A stretch of DNA of 64,000 nucleotides from Caulobacteraceae bacterium (GCA_947378235.1 CANCJE010000001.1:14361-78360), one strand, 5' to 3'. Shown: positions 1 through 9,457, counted from the first letter of the stretch. The notes: generated from the letters alone by a model not told the origin. Made by a program: numbers and translations.

Positions 1-1
1 G

Positions 2-265
2 TGTCACCCCCTGGCCTTGTCAAAGGTCGTGGTCGAGGTGAACGAGATTGAAGGGCTTGGATTGGGCGTTGTGGCGCACGTAAGGACAACAGGGCCAACG
101 GGCGTCGAGATGGAGGCGCTCACCGCTGTTTCGGTCGCCTGCCTAACCCTCTATGACATGCTCAAGGCAGCCGATAAGGCCATGACCATCGACATGGTAC
201 GCCTGGTCAGCAAAACAGGCGGCGCTTCTGGTGATTTCCAGCGGGCTCCAGACGCGGCCACCTGA
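2..265 (+). CDS. moaC: Cyclic pyranopterin monophosphate synthase MoaC, 5'-truncated by the window edge
   Basis: The reading frame is open from base 2 (..[13 protein letters not shown]..), matching the MoaC 'CHPLMLSKVEV' core. Downstream [20 protein letters not shown] is the MoaC signature. The product call is from memory of the family. Confidence 0.8.
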   Translation, partial: CHPLALSKVVVEVNEIEGLGLGVVAHVRTTGPTGVEMEALTAVSVACLTLYDMLKAADKAMTIDMVRLVSKTGGASGDFQRAPDAAT

Positions 266-1467
266 TGAAAAACCTTGCCGCCCAAGAGGCTCGCCGCCGC
301 ATCTTGGCAAAAGCCAACGTCCTGGCCACTGAAACGGTGGGCCTAGAGGAGGCCTATGGGCGGGTGCTTGCTGAACCCATAACCGCGCAGCGTGATCAGC
401 CGCCATTTCGGGCCTCAGCCATGGATGGCTATGCCCTTCGTGCCTCTGATGCCCTTGATGGGCAAGCGCAGGTCACAGTGATTGGTGAGAGCGCTGCGGG
501 GATGGCCTTTAAGGGCGCGGTCTTGCCAGGTCAGGCCGTGCGCATCTTTACCGGCGCGCCGGTGCCTGCCGATTGCGACCATGTCGTTATTCAAGAAAAT
601 GTGCGACGCGACGGTAATATGGCCCAGGTTGGGCCGCTCGCGGGACAGGGTTCGAACATTCGCCCGCAAGGCGGTGACTTTAAAGCAGGCGCTGTCCTCC
701 TAGAGGCTGGAACAAGGATTGATTCTTGGCGTCTATCCCTCGCCGCGTCGGCGGGCACAGCGTCACTGCCCGTTGTCCAAAGACCCCGCGTGGCGGTGCT
801 GTCGACCGGCAATGAGTTGGTTGAACCCGGTCAGGTCCCGAGCAACGATCAGATCTATAATTCCGGTAGCCCTGCGGTCTGTGCCCTTTTGGACAGTTGG
901 GGCGCAAAGGCCATTCGTCTCCATTCGGCCGTTGATGATGCGGATGAGATCGCAGCGGCGGTGCGCGATCTTGCGGTCGATGTCATTGTGACCCTTGGCG
1001 GCGCGTCGGTGGGTGACCACGATCTGGTCAAGCCGGCCATGGCCAAGCTGGATCTTACCTTGTCGGTCGAGACCATCGCGCTTCGACCGGGAAAACCGAC
1101 TTGGTTTGGACAACTGGGCGACGGGCGGCTGGTATTAGGGCTTCCGGGCAATCCAGCATCCGCGCTGGTTTGCGCCGAGCTGTTCCTAAGGCCTCTGATC
1201 AATGCCATGTTGGGGTTAGACGCGGGCCCGAGAATGGAACCGGCACAGCTCGCCACGCCTCTGCCCTCCAATGGCCCACGGGAGCATTGGATGAGGGCGA
1301 AACTAGAAAATCGGCAGGGAACGACCTTTGCTATTCCGCTTCGGGATCAGGATTCGTCACTGGTCAGTGTTTTCGCGCAGGCCGACGCCCTAGTTTGCCA
1401 ACCGGCCCACTGCGAAGGGCTAGAGGCGGGGTCGTTGGTACAGATCTTAAGATTGAACCGGCTTTGA
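265..1467 (+). CDS. moeA: Molybdopterin molybdenumtransferase MoeA
   Basis: 400 aa with a MoeA N-terminal region (FRASAMDGYA) and a central MoCF-binding domain (VLSTGNEL...GGASVGDHD). The start codon is immediately adjacent to the moaC stop. Confidence 0.85.
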   Translation: MKNLAAQEARRRILAKANVLATETVGLEEAYGRVLAEPITAQRDQPPFRASAMDGYALRASDALDGQAQVTVIGESAAGMAFKGAVLPGQAVRIFTGAPVPADCDHVVIQENVRRDGNMAQVGPLAGQGSNIRPQGGDFKAGAVLLEAGTRIDSWRLSLAASAGTASLPVVQRPRVAVLSTGNELVEPGQVPSNDQIYNSGSPAVCALLDSWGAKAIRLHSAVDDADEIAAAVRDLAVDVIVTLGGASVGDHDLVKPAMAKLDLTLSVETIALRPGKPTWFGQLGDGRLVLGLPGNPASALVCAELFLRPLINAMLGLDAGPRMEPAQLATPLPSNGPREHWMRAKLENRQGTTFAIPLRDQDSSLVSVFAQADALVCQPAHCEGLEAGSLVQILRLNRL

Positions 1468-2475
1468 TGCGCCCGGCCTAGCGCGTTGGCGTTTTTGGAT
1501 CATTTCACCCAAAACACTGATCGCGACATCCCAAGGGGCCTTGCCCCCAAGGTCCAAGCCGATGGGTGCATGAAGCCGCCCGATCGCCTCGTCTGAAACT
1601 CCAGCAGCCCTAAGGGCGGCGAGACGTTCCGGCAATCGCCGCCGCGCGCCTAACAGTCCGACATAGGCCGCCGATGATTTTAGGGCCGCCACGAGGGCTG
1701 GATGATCGGTATCGGCATCATGACTGGCGACCGCGACATAGGTCCAGGGGTCTAGTCCGACCTCAGCCAAGGCGCTCTGTGGATCTTGACGCAGATATCC
1801 CAGTCCATGAACCGGCGGCGAAGAAGCCGGACCCTTTGGACGGTTCAACCAGGTCTGAAACCCAGCCGTGACCCCCAGGCTGGCAATGGCTAAGGCTGTG
1901 GGGTCGGAGCCAACCACGATCAATCTTGGTTTAGGATCGTAGGCGCGGCGCACGGAAAAGGGATCTACCATCCAGTGGCAATCGACGGGCTTTAATCCAA
2001 GGTCAAAGCGGCGGGTCATTCCGTCGCTGATCCAGACACCAGACTGACGAGCGAGATAGGCCTGCTCGAGATCGCGCGATGCTGGATCGCCGGGCGCGAT
2101 CCGTTCCAAGAGAATTTCGATCTCTGCGCCGCACAGCAGGCGGATATCGGGCCAGGGGCTAGACGGCCCATAGACCAGTCTCATCGGCACACCGGAGGCC
2201 ATAACATCCAGCGCATGACGCGCAACATCAGCCTCGACACAGCCGCCCGACATGAAGCCATGAACATCGAGTTGGCCGTCGGCCTGCAGGGTGAACACCA
2301 TCTGGGTGCCTTCGGGACGCGGTCCGCCGCCCTCCACGCGAAATAGCGTTGCGAGCACAACAGCCTGACCACGGCGGAGTGCATCAAACATCGGGCCGCG
2401 CATATCCTCTAACAATCCGTAGTCCGGCCATTCAGGCAGGGTCGGATCTGGCTGCGGTCCAGAGGTAAGGGTCAT
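1447..2475 (-). CDS. XdhC/CoxI-family molybdenum-cofactor insertion accessory protein
   Basis: It has an XdhC_CoxI N-domain and a C-terminal Rossmann-like domain (RLIVVGSDPTALAIASLG). The likely start is the internal Met at 2475; the six-frame ORF extends to 2541. It sits beside moeA, consistent with Moco maturation. Confidence 0.7.
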   Translation of the reverse strand: MTLTSGPQPDPTLPEWPDYGLLEDMRGPMFDALRRGQAVVLATLFRVEGGGPRPEGTQMVFTLQADGQLDVHGFMSGGCVEADVARHALDVMASGVPMRLVYGPSSPWPDIRLLCGAEIEILLERIAPGDPASRDLEQAYLARQSGVWISDGMTRRFDLGLKPVDCHWMVDPFSVRRAYDPKPRLIVVGSDPTALAIASLGVTAGFQTWLNRPKGPASSPPVHGLGYLRQDPQSALAEVGLDPWTYVAVASHDADTDHPALVAALKSSAAYVGLLGARRRLPERLAALRAAGVSDEAIGRLHAPIGLDLGGKAPWDVAISVLGEMIQKRQRARPGASKPVQS

Positions 2476-2600
2476 GAGAAACGACCTTTCAACGATGAGA
2501 CCACACGCGTCCCAAGAAACTGCACCACGATACAGCTTCATTAAGCAATCTTGGACTAGTCTGTCTTCTTGAATGTCGATGATGCGACAAACGAGGCCAG

Positions 2601-3482
2601 ATGAGCACTTTGCTTTCCAAGCTGGGACTAGGCACTGCGCAGTTTAGCACTGGCCACGGCGAGCCCAATCCGCGTGGTCGGCCGCTCGAGGCCGAAGTTG
2701 GCGATATTTTGGATATTGCGGCGCGGTCCGGCTTGAGCGTGCTCGATTCGGCCGCGTCCTTTGGTCAGGCCGAAGCGTTGGTCGGAGCCCATCTGCCCCG
2801 ACCCAATCCTTTCCGAATTGGCATTAGGACGGCGCGGTGCGATCGCGGTCCTGATTTCATTGAGCAAGAGGCGAGAGCCTCCCTTCGGCGGCTGGGCGTC
2901 CATCAGGCGGATGCCATTATGGTGCAGCAGGCCGGAGATCTGTTTGGGCCACACGGACAGGATCTTTGGCAAAGACTGCTTCGGCTTAAGGACGAAGGTC
3001 TGTTCAAGCATGTCGGCATATCCGTCTATGCGTCGGATGATCCACGCGGCGTTGCTGAACGATTTAGGCCAGACATCATTCAGGTTCCGGCAAGCCTTTT
3101 AGACCAACGGCTGTTGATTGACGGCACTCTGGCCGACATCAAGGCGTTGGGTATTGAGGTCCAACTTCGTTCGATCTTCCTTCAGGGAATTTTGTTTCTC
3201 CCGCCTGATCGGATACCCAACGGTCTAAAGACCGCTTCGGCTCGATTGTCTCGGATTAGGCGCATGATTGCCGAAGGCCGAAGTGACCCCTTACAGGCGG
3301 CGTTAGGATTCGCGCTTTCACGGCCGGAGGCATCTTCGGTTATAGTTGGGGTCACAACGGCCGCGGAACTCTCTGCCATTGTCTGCGCAGCACTTAGTCC
3401 CCCGCCCGATCTCGATTGGGACGATATGGCGTTAGATGACCCGGTCGTCCTTGATTCCAACCGTTGGGACGCGGTCGCCTGA
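2601..3482 (+). CDS. Aldo/keto reductase family oxidoreductase
   Basis: 293 aa with an AKR-like N-terminus (LGLGTAQFS..) and a TIM-barrel-length protein. This is a family-level call only. Confidence 0.6.
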   Translation: MSTLLSKLGLGTAQFSTGHGEPNPRGRPLEAEVGDILDIAARSGLSVLDSAASFGQAEALVGAHLPRPNPFRIGIRTARCDRGPDFIEQEARASLRRLGVHQADAIMVQQAGDLFGPHGQDLWQRLLRLKDEGLFKHVGISVYASDDPRGVAERFRPDIIQVPASLLDQRLLIDGTLADIKALGIEVQLRSIFLQGILFLPPDRIPNGLKTASARLSRIRRMIAEGRSDPLQAALGFALSRPEASSVIVGVTTAAELSAIVCAALSPPPDLDWDDMALDDPVVLDSNRWDAVA

Positions 3483-3501
3483 ACTTTATCGCCGCTTGGT
3501 A

Positions 3502-4545
3502 ATGCCATGCGAGACTCGCGAACCGACTCAGGATGCAATAGGGGTATTGCAGACGGTTTTGTCGTCGATTCGCGAAAGGACGCCCGTGAAGGGTCAGGTT
3601 GACTTCTTCCTCGATGCTCTCGTGGACGCTCCGATCAAAGAGGATCGGGCGCTGCTTGAGTTTCCGTTCTTCTCGCTGGCGAAACGTCCGCGGATGGAGC
3701 CGATTGTCTATAGCGACAGCCGGGTGAGCATTGAGGTCGCGCCAAGTCATAAGGGGGTTGCAACGGTCTGGGACCGAGATGTCCTGATCTATCTCACCTC
3801 ATTGATTAATGAGCGAATGGAACGCGGTGAGCCAGTTAGCCGGACGGTTCGCTTTCCCGCCCACGACTTTTTAATCGTGACACAACGCGCCAAGCCCGGC
3901 CAAGTGGGTGCAAAGGCCTATGACGCCTTTCTAGACGCCCTCGAGCGGCTTCGCGGTACAACGGTGAAGACATCGATCTCTGCCGCAGAGGTAAGGGAAC
4001 GTCGCGGATTTGGTTGGATCGACAATTTTCGGGTTGTCGAGATCGAAAAACCCGGCGGTAAGCGCCGGATGAAGGCGGTTGAAGTCACTCTGAATGACTG
4101 GACCTTCCGGGCGATCACCAAGGAACGGCGGGTTCTGACGGTGAACCGTGACTATTTCCAGCTGACCGGTGGCATTGAGCGGCGGCTATATGAGTTGGCG
4201 CGAAAACATTGTGGAGATCAGGCCAGTTGGTCGATCAGTCTGCCCCGCTTAGCCGAAAAGGTGGGCGTATCGGGCGAGTTGCGCAAGTTTAAGGCGGAAC
4301 TCAAAGACATTATCGCGCGCGATAAGCTGCCCGACTATCGTTATGGGCTCGCCAGAGATCCCTCCGGGGAGATGGAGAAGGGCATGAAGGCCGAAGGCTA
4401 TACCTTGAAGGGCCTTCGCAATGACCGCGTTCTGGCGATCGTAACCCCTAAATTCAAGGTTAAGCCTGGGGTGGGTGGTGCCGAGCCTGAAGGATCTTTT
4501 TCCTTCGCCCTGTTTGATGATGACGATGACCTGATTGAAGGTTAG
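3502..4545 (+). CDS. repA: Plasmid-type replication initiator protein RepA (RPA / 'replication initiator protein A' family)
   Basis: About 350 aa, similar to alphaproteobacterial plasmid RepA (FPFFSLAKRP..., winged-helix-like middle region, acidic C-tail DDDDDL). It is followed directly by iteron arrays. The alternative upstream start at 3436 overlaps the AKR gene. Confidence 0.65.
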   Translation: MPCETREPTQDAIGVLQTVLSSIRERTPVKGQVDFFLDALVDAPIKEDRALLEFPFFSLAKRPRMEPIVYSDSRVSIEVAPSHKGVATVWDRDVLIYLTSLINERMERGEPVSRTVRFPAHDFLIVTQRAKPGQVGAKAYDAFLDALERLRGTTVKTSISAAEVRERRGFGWIDNFRVVEIEKPGGKRRMKAVEVTLNDWTFRAITKERRVLTVNRDYFQLTGGIERRLYELARKHCGDQASWSISLPRLAEKVGVSGELRKFKAELKDIIARDKLPDYRYGLARDPSGEMEKGMKAEGYTLKGLRNDRVLAIVTPKFKVKPGVGGAEPEGSFSFALFDDDDDLIEG

Positions 4546-4562
4546 GGATGATACCACCCTTT

Positions 4563-4710
4563 GATTAGGGGTATTGAGGACGCCCGATTAGGGGTAACGC
4601 AGACGCCCGGTTAGGGGTTTCGAGGACGGACCGATTAGGGGGATCGCCGACGCCCTTTTAGGGGTATTGAGGACGGTCACTTAGGGGTATTGGCGACGCA
4701 AGGTTAACGA
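4563..4710. repeat. Iteron array 1: six direct repeats of ~22 bp with core TTAGGGGTATTGAGGACG, directly downstream of repA
   Basis: Read directly: gattaggggtattgaggacgcccg / attaggggtaacgcagacgcccg / gttaggggtttcgaggacggaccg / attagggggatcgccgacgccc / ttttaggggtattgaggacggtcac / ttaggggtattggcgacgcaagg. The spacing is about two helical turns. Confidence 0.85.
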
Positions 4711-4851
4711 TTCGCTAATGACGCGAATTTCCGCCTGTCAGATTCAACCCATCGGTCCTGCCGAACGAGATCTGGCTCCATACTGCACCCTTGAGGGCCT
4801 TAGACGGGCAAGTCTGCTCGCGCCTTCGAGACTCAAACGGTCTTGGGTCTT

Positions 4852-4940
4852 CGGGGTATCACCGACGCGCATAAGGGGGATCGCCGACGCATAGAGCGGG
4901 GTATCACCGACGCAAACACGGGGTATCACCGACGCAAAAT
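4852..4940. repeat. Iteron array 2: four direct repeats, core GGGGTATCACCGACGCA, ~22-bp spacing
   Basis: Read directly: cggggtatcaccgacgcgcat / aagggggatcgccgacgcatagag / cggggtatcaccgacgcaaaca / cggggtatcaccgacgcaaaat. The core is related to array 1 (GGGGTAT...GACG). Confidence 0.8.
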
Positions 4941-5040
4941 GGCCTTTAGCTATTGTATTAATAGATTTTTTCGGCTGCTTAACGTTCTAACAGACTCAAA
5001 TAACCTGTTTAACGCCCTCCCCCTCCGTTCGGGCGCGCCG
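4941..5040. other. AT-rich stretch adjacent to the iterons (candidate DNA unwinding element of the origin)
   Basis: The stretch ggcctttagctattgtattaatagattttttcggctgcttaacgttctaacagactcaaataacctgtttaacg is markedly AT-rich against ~60% GC surroundings. It lies between the iterons and the par operon. Confidence 0.5.
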
Positions 5041-5074
5041 TAGAAGCGCGCGCCCAATCGGCGGAGGGCAAGAA

Positions 5075-5518
5075 TCAAGACCGCTCACGCAGGCGTTTAG
5101 CCTTGCCCTCAGGCGTCGCCTTCAAGAGGTCGAGTGCATGTTCGATAACCTCGGCGACAATCCAACCGCGTGTGTCCGCAAGATCATAGACATATTCAAT
5201 CGTCTCGCGTGTGAGCTTGACGTTAAGCTGATGAACACGTCCGGTCTTGGGTCGTGTCCGGCGGCGCAAAAGGGGTTCAACCGGCGCCGGCTTCGCCTTA
5301 GCCACCTTTGCACGTGTAGGCTCCTTTACCGGGGCCTCTGGACGCGCATGGAAGCCTTGACGCTCGGAGGCCTGTCTTAGGGCTTCTGACGGCTTGGGCG
5401 CTTGCGGCGCTGTCGCAGGGCGCGGCGCAAACCCGCTGAGATCGATGTCGAGATCACTGTCGTCATTGAGATCCAGCGCGACGCGGGTTTTCAGGGGGCC
5501 AGGGGTCTGCTCAGCCAT
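5075..5518 (-). CDS. Partition adaptor protein with a C-terminal ribbon-helix-helix (ParG-like, partner of a type Ib ParA)
   Basis: 147 aa with a disordered Lys/Pro/Ala-rich N-terminal half. The C-terminus LNVKLTRETIEYVYDLADTRGWIVAEVIEHALDLL looks like a beta-strand followed by helices, as in RHH folds. Its start overlaps the parA stop by 4 nt. Confidence 0.55.
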   Translation of the reverse strand: MAEQTPGPLKTRVALDLNDDSDLDIDLSGFAPRPATAPQAPKPSEALRQASERQGFHARPEAPVKEPTRAKVAKAKPAPVEPLLRRRTRPKTGRVHQLNVKLTRETIEYVYDLADTRGWIVAEVIEHALDLLKATPEGKAKRLRERS

Positions 5519-5521
5519 GGT

Positions 5522-6208
5522 CTATGCCTCCGGGTTGGTTGCGGCCGCCGGACGAAGGCGGTTGGTTACGGCTCTGGCGAAATCACTCACATTGGCTAAG
5601 GCGGCCGGAAGGTTTGAGGCCTGAGCCGAGGTCAAACCGCCAACGGTGCCGCCAAAGGAGAAGATGGCCCGAAAGGCTTCACGCTCTTGGAGGGTACAGG
5701 CCAAGACCGGAAGGCCTGCGGCTTCAAACTCATCGCGAATGTGGCGAAAGGTTCTAGGCTGAATGGCCGTGCTTACCCGATTGAAAAACAGCGCGAAGGG
5801 AACGCTCCGGCCGATCGCCTTTTCGGTCGATCGCACGAGCTTGACCGCGCGGGCGGCCTGGGCGGCGTCGAGATGGGAGCCTTGAAGCGGTATCAGAACA
5901 AGATCGGACCGCGACACGGCGTAGGAGACGGTTAGCGAGGCCGTGCCTTCGAGGTCGCAAATGACGAAGGTCGAGCGCTGTGCCTCTTCTTCTATGACGT
6001 CTATGACCGTGTCTTGGGTCACATCCCTGATGACGCGCAGGTTTTCAGGCCGCCCCGGAAGCTTGGCCCATGAAGAGACCGGTTGATTGGGGTCAGCATC
6101 GATCATGGTCACGGGCGCGCCCTTGTCGGCTAGGACGCCGCCGAGCAACACAGCCGATGTGGTCTTGCCCACTCCGCCCTTGGGACTAACAAATGAGATG
6201 ACTGGCAT
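5522..6208 (-). CDS. parA: ParA-family partition ATPase (small type Ib, ParF-like)
   Basis: 228 aa with a deviant Walker A (SPKGGVGKTT) and ParA/MinD fold motifs. It is the first gene of a two-gene operon. Confidence 0.85.
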   Translation of the reverse strand: MPVISFVSPKGGVGKTTSAVLLGGVLADKGAPVTMIDADPNQPVSSWAKLPGRPENLRVIRDVTQDTVIDVIEEEAQRSTFVICDLEGTASLTVSYAVSRSDLVLIPLQGSHLDAAQAARAVKLVRSTEKAIGRSVPFALFFNRVSTAIQPRTFRHIRDEFEAAGLPVLACTLQEREAFRAIFSFGGTVGGLTSAQASNLPAALANVSDFARAVTNRLRPAAATNPEA

Positions 6209-6450
6209 TGTGTTTGGCCCCTGCCCCGTTGATCTAGGTTACCGCTATCCCAGGATATCCTCAAGCTATCGACGGATAGCAAGCGGATTGGCAACGATAT
6301 TTCTTGGTTATCTTTTAAATATCTTGCGGAAGCAATCAGCTATCTCAAGATATCCACGGATATCCAACGCTAGCGCCGAAATAGCAGGGTGATATCTGGG
6401 GCAATCCTTAAGCTATCCGCTTGTAAGCTAGCGTCATTTCCGTGACCCAA
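6209..6450. promoter_or_regulatory. Candidate centromere (parS-like) and promoter region upstream of parA, with multiple short repeats
   Basis: GGATATCC/GATATCC occurs 3 times or more. AGCTATC occurs 3 times. caagcggat at ~6282 and its reverse complement atccgcttg at ~6413 form a long-range inverted pair. The segment is locally AT-rich. Confidence 0.5.
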
Positions 6451-6675
6451 GAGGGCCATTGTCCCCAATCCTTCGGAACTTTATGTTCTGGGGGTGAGGC
6501 GGGCGTCAGCGGCCAAACTGAGGCGATTAGGGGGCGCTGATTTGAGGAATTCTAGAACGAGTCGGTTCGGATACCAAAGTCGAAGTGATTGAGGTGCCCA
6601 AGAGGCTGTTTTTGTGAGATTCCTAGGTCTCCGAAACAGCTGATCGTGACCTTAGGCACCCGAATCGGAGACTAT

Positions 6676-7299
6676 TTAGCACCGTCCAACCATGCGCTTG
6701 TAATCATCAAGGCACCGCACCGTAGCCCCCAAATCTGTGACGAGGCCGTTCTTCAGCGAATAGACCCAGCCGTGAACGGCGATATTTTGACCCCGAAGCC
6801 AAGCATCCTGAACAAAAACGTCTGAGGCGACGTTGCGAACCTGCCGCATGACGTTCAGCTCACAGAGCCGGTCCATACGAACAGCGCCCTGCTCGAGGCC
6901 CTCCAGCTCGCTGCGGTTCTCATCGAAAACTTCTCGAATTGGATGGAGCCAGTGGTCGATCAGGCCGTGGCGTTGTCCATCAACCGCGGCTTGAACCCCA
7001 CCGCAGCCATAGTGGCCGACGACCATAATGTGTTTTACCTTTAAAACTTCGACGGCGTACTGAAGCACCGATAGATAGTTGGCATCCTGCGGCGGTGCCA
7101 AATTCGCGACGTTGCGGTGGACAAAAAGTTCACCTGGATCGAGCCCAACAATTTCGTTGGCCGGAACCCGGCTATCTGAACAACCGATCCAAAGAAACTC
7201 AGGGGACTGCTGTGCGGCAAGACGCTTAAAAAAGTTGGGATCAACCTCGGTTTTGGCCAAAGACCATGCGCGATTCTTTTCGATTAGGTCTTTGACCAT
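6676..7299 (-). CDS. Beta-class carbonic anhydrase
   Basis: Beta-CA motifs are present: CSDSR...HxxCGG (HYGCGG). The likely start is MVKDLIEKN; the six-frame ORF extends to 7356. Confidence 0.8.
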   Translation of the reverse strand: MVKDLIEKNRAWSLAKTEVDPNFFKRLAAQQSPEFLWIGCSDSRVPANEIVGLDPGELFVHRNVANLAPPQDANYLSVLQYAVEVLKVKHIMVVGHYGCGGVQAAVDGQRHGLIDHWLHPIREVFDENRSELEGLEQGAVRMDRLCELNVMRQVRNVASDVFVQDAWLRGQNIAVHGWVYSLKNGLVTDLGATVRCLDDYKRMVGRC

Positions 7300-7387
7300 G
7301 GGATCCACTCCTGAGTGATTGCTGCCTACAGATAGTGAACCAGGAATAGGAGGCAAGGCGTCAGTCCTCAGATAGTTACCGCTAACC

Positions 7388-9418
7388 CTATTGGGTCAGA
7401 TGGAGATTACGCGCAACCAAGTTGTTGAATACATCGCTTAGACGGCCGCTACTCGTGGAAATGGCATGACCCGGAACGGGCGCGCAGGCCGTCGCTAGGG
7501 CCATGGCCGCCGGGTCGGTGACGTCAACCAGTATGAAATAGACATCGATCCCATATCTATTGCGCATCACATTGCAGGCTGAGAGGGTCATATTGTCAGC
7601 GGCCACATTATTGAGAACACCGAGATTGGGCGATCTCCAACAGTTGCCTGCGGCGGAGCGCCCGGTGTTGGTGCATCCGTAATAACCCTCATATTGTGTC
7701 GGGGCCTCGTTTTTTCCATCGGTCAAGATAATCGCGATCTTATAGGCTTGCGTTGACCTGAAAGGTGCCGGTGCCTGATGGTCGCTCATGCTCCAGAAGG
7801 ATTTCCAATAGGCGCTGGGCGAGAGGAGCCTCAAACCCCAAAGAAGTCCAACATCGGCTTGGGTACCGCCCGGCACCGGATACATCTCATCCAGCTTATC
7901 CAAGACCTGCTTACGGTTGCCTGACAGCGGTAGAATCGGTACCGGGCAATTGAGATTGGGCCCAGATATCGGCTTGGGACCCGTCCAAGATGGAGTTGTT
8001 TCTCGAGCCGATGTGAACCGCGGAAAGGCATCGACTTCCCAATCACAAACCGCACCGCCGGCGTTGAGATAGTCAGACTCGTTGGGGTCGGACAGACAGG
8101 CGGGAAGGGTGGAGGTCAAAATGGGCCGATTGCTCGCGTCCCGGGCCGAAGAACAACTCCGAGGACTACTGAAATAGGCGTTAAGGGTCCCGTTCGCATG
8201 GATAGAGGGGCTTTGGGCGCAAGACACCAGCCCTGAATAGACCGTGTTTACACATTGCAGAACCACTGATCGATAATGACTAGAAAGCCAATCCTGCGGT
8301 GATTTGGGGCTAAGGGCCTGACCAAATGATCCGCTGGCCCCATAGCTTGGTCCTTGACGGTTTAACGACCCCAGTGGCACCGGCGGCGGGGGCGGCGGGG
8401 GGCTGGGAGGTCCGGGTGGCCGCGGCGGACCGGGCGGCACGTCCACAAAGGCTGTGCAATATGAAAGATTGGTCGGGCTTGCCGACGACTCCAAAAGCGC
8501 AGCCGGAAACCGCGTGGGGGGAGGGGCGTCGCTAATGGCTTGGGTTACAGTCCCGCTGGCCGACACCTTGACCTCATTATCAGCCGAGCGAATACAGCCC
8601 CGCCATCTTGTCGGACGGGCCAAATCCAGAAGCCTAGACGATGTCAGGGGGATCGTTGCATTGCGCGGCTCCGCCAAAACACTCAAACGATCAATTGCAG
8701 GTGGCTCAGGATCGCGGCCTGAACCCGATATGGGTGGGGAACTATCGCCCACCGCCGCAGGGTCTGTCGCCTGAATAGCCTCGGAATTGATATTCACGAC
8801 GGTCGTCCAAGGCACGACCCCGATTTTCACCCGGTCGCCTCCGAGGGCATAGACCTGATTGACATAGTTTTTGGCCGCTTGTCGCATCAGGGTAAACCGT
8901 CCCCCGGTAAACATTGAGGTGGTATTGTCCAAAATGAGCGCTATCTCGACCGGCTTGCCGCCGGAGGTCGCCTCCGCAGAGGCCTGAAAGGGAAGCTCGG
9001 GGATGTTGAAAAGGCCACCAAATATGTTGGGTGACGCCGCTGATACTGTCAGTACCATCTTACCAGCGTTGATATCGACATGTTGGGACCAGCTAAAATT
9101 TTGGACCTGCTCGCGGCGTCCAACCAACGATAGGTCTAGGCTAGCCTGTGCTGCGCGGTCCGCAGCGGCCATGCGCGCTGCGCCATCCGATAGGCTGTTT
9201 GCGAAATAGACCTTCGCGGAAGCTAAGACCGCTGTGTCTGCTGCTTCCTGTACAAAGGCCTTGGTTGAAACAAAGCGTCGATAGTCAACCGCTGCGCCCA
9301 GCGCTAACGAAATCGGAATGAGAGAGACCGCCACAATTATAGCCACATTGCCGTCATGAGCGCCGCAATATCGGCGCGAACCTTTAGAGATAAGCCCAAT
9401 TTTCATGCGCATCTCCAT
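7388..9418 (-). CDS. TadG-like protein with a von Willebrand factor A domain (Tad/Flp pilus-associated family), Cys-rich with a poly-proline tract
   Basis: The N-terminus has a TadG motif after a TM segment (GNVAIIVAVSLIPISLALGAAVDY...AADTAVLASA). A VWA domain with a MIDAS-like motif follows (ALILDNTTSM). The Pro tract is PPGPPRPPGPPSPPPPPPPVP, and there are more than 15 cysteines. Confidence 0.65.
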   Translation of the reverse strand: MEMRMKIGLISKGSRRYCGAHDGNVAIIVAVSLIPISLALGAAVDYRRFVSTKAFVQEAADTAVLASAKVYFANSLSDGAARMAAADRAAQASLDLSLVGRREQVQNFSWSQHVDINAGKMVLTVSAASPNIFGGLFNIPELPFQASAEATSGGKPVEIALILDNTTSMFTGGRFTLMRQAAKNYVNQVYALGGDRVKIGVVPWTTVVNINSEAIQATDPAAVGDSSPPISGSGRDPEPPAIDRLSVLAEPRNATIPLTSSRLLDLARPTRWRGCIRSADNEVKVSASGTVTQAISDAPPPTRFPAALLESSASPTNLSYCTAFVDVPPGPPRPPGPPSPPPPPPPVPLGSLNRQGPSYGASGSFGQALSPKSPQDWLSSHYRSVVLQCVNTVYSGLVSCAQSPSIHANGTLNAYFSSPRSCSSARDASNRPILTSTLPACLSDPNESDYLNAGGAVCDWEVDAFPRFTSARETTPSWTGPKPISGPNLNCPVPILPLSGNRKQVLDKLDEMYPVPGGTQADVGLLWGLRLLSPSAYWKSFWSMSDHQAPAPFRSTQAYKIAIILTDGKNEAPTQYEGYYGCTNTGRSAAGNCWRSPNLGVLNNVAADNMTLSACNVMRNRYGIDVYFILVDVTDPAAMALATACAPVPGHAISTSSGRLSDVFNNLVARNLHLTQ

Positions 9419-9457
9419 TTCAAATTAAAGGTAATTATAAATATAAATTCCCAAATT

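Noticed and set aside
4700-4760. Inverted repeat aacgattcgc...gcgaatt between the iteron arrays as a possible DnaA box
   Set aside because: The match to alphaproteobacterial DnaA-box consensus cannot be verified by eye. It is mentioned only within the iteron finding.
8360-8445. GC-rich repetitive DNA (ccggcggcgggggcggcgggggg...) that superficially looks like a simple-sequence or CRISPR-like repeat
   Set aside because: It lies inside the 7388-9418 CDS and simply encodes the poly-proline tract (PPGPPRPPGPPSPPPPPPPVP) on the minus strand. There is no spacer/repeat periodicity.
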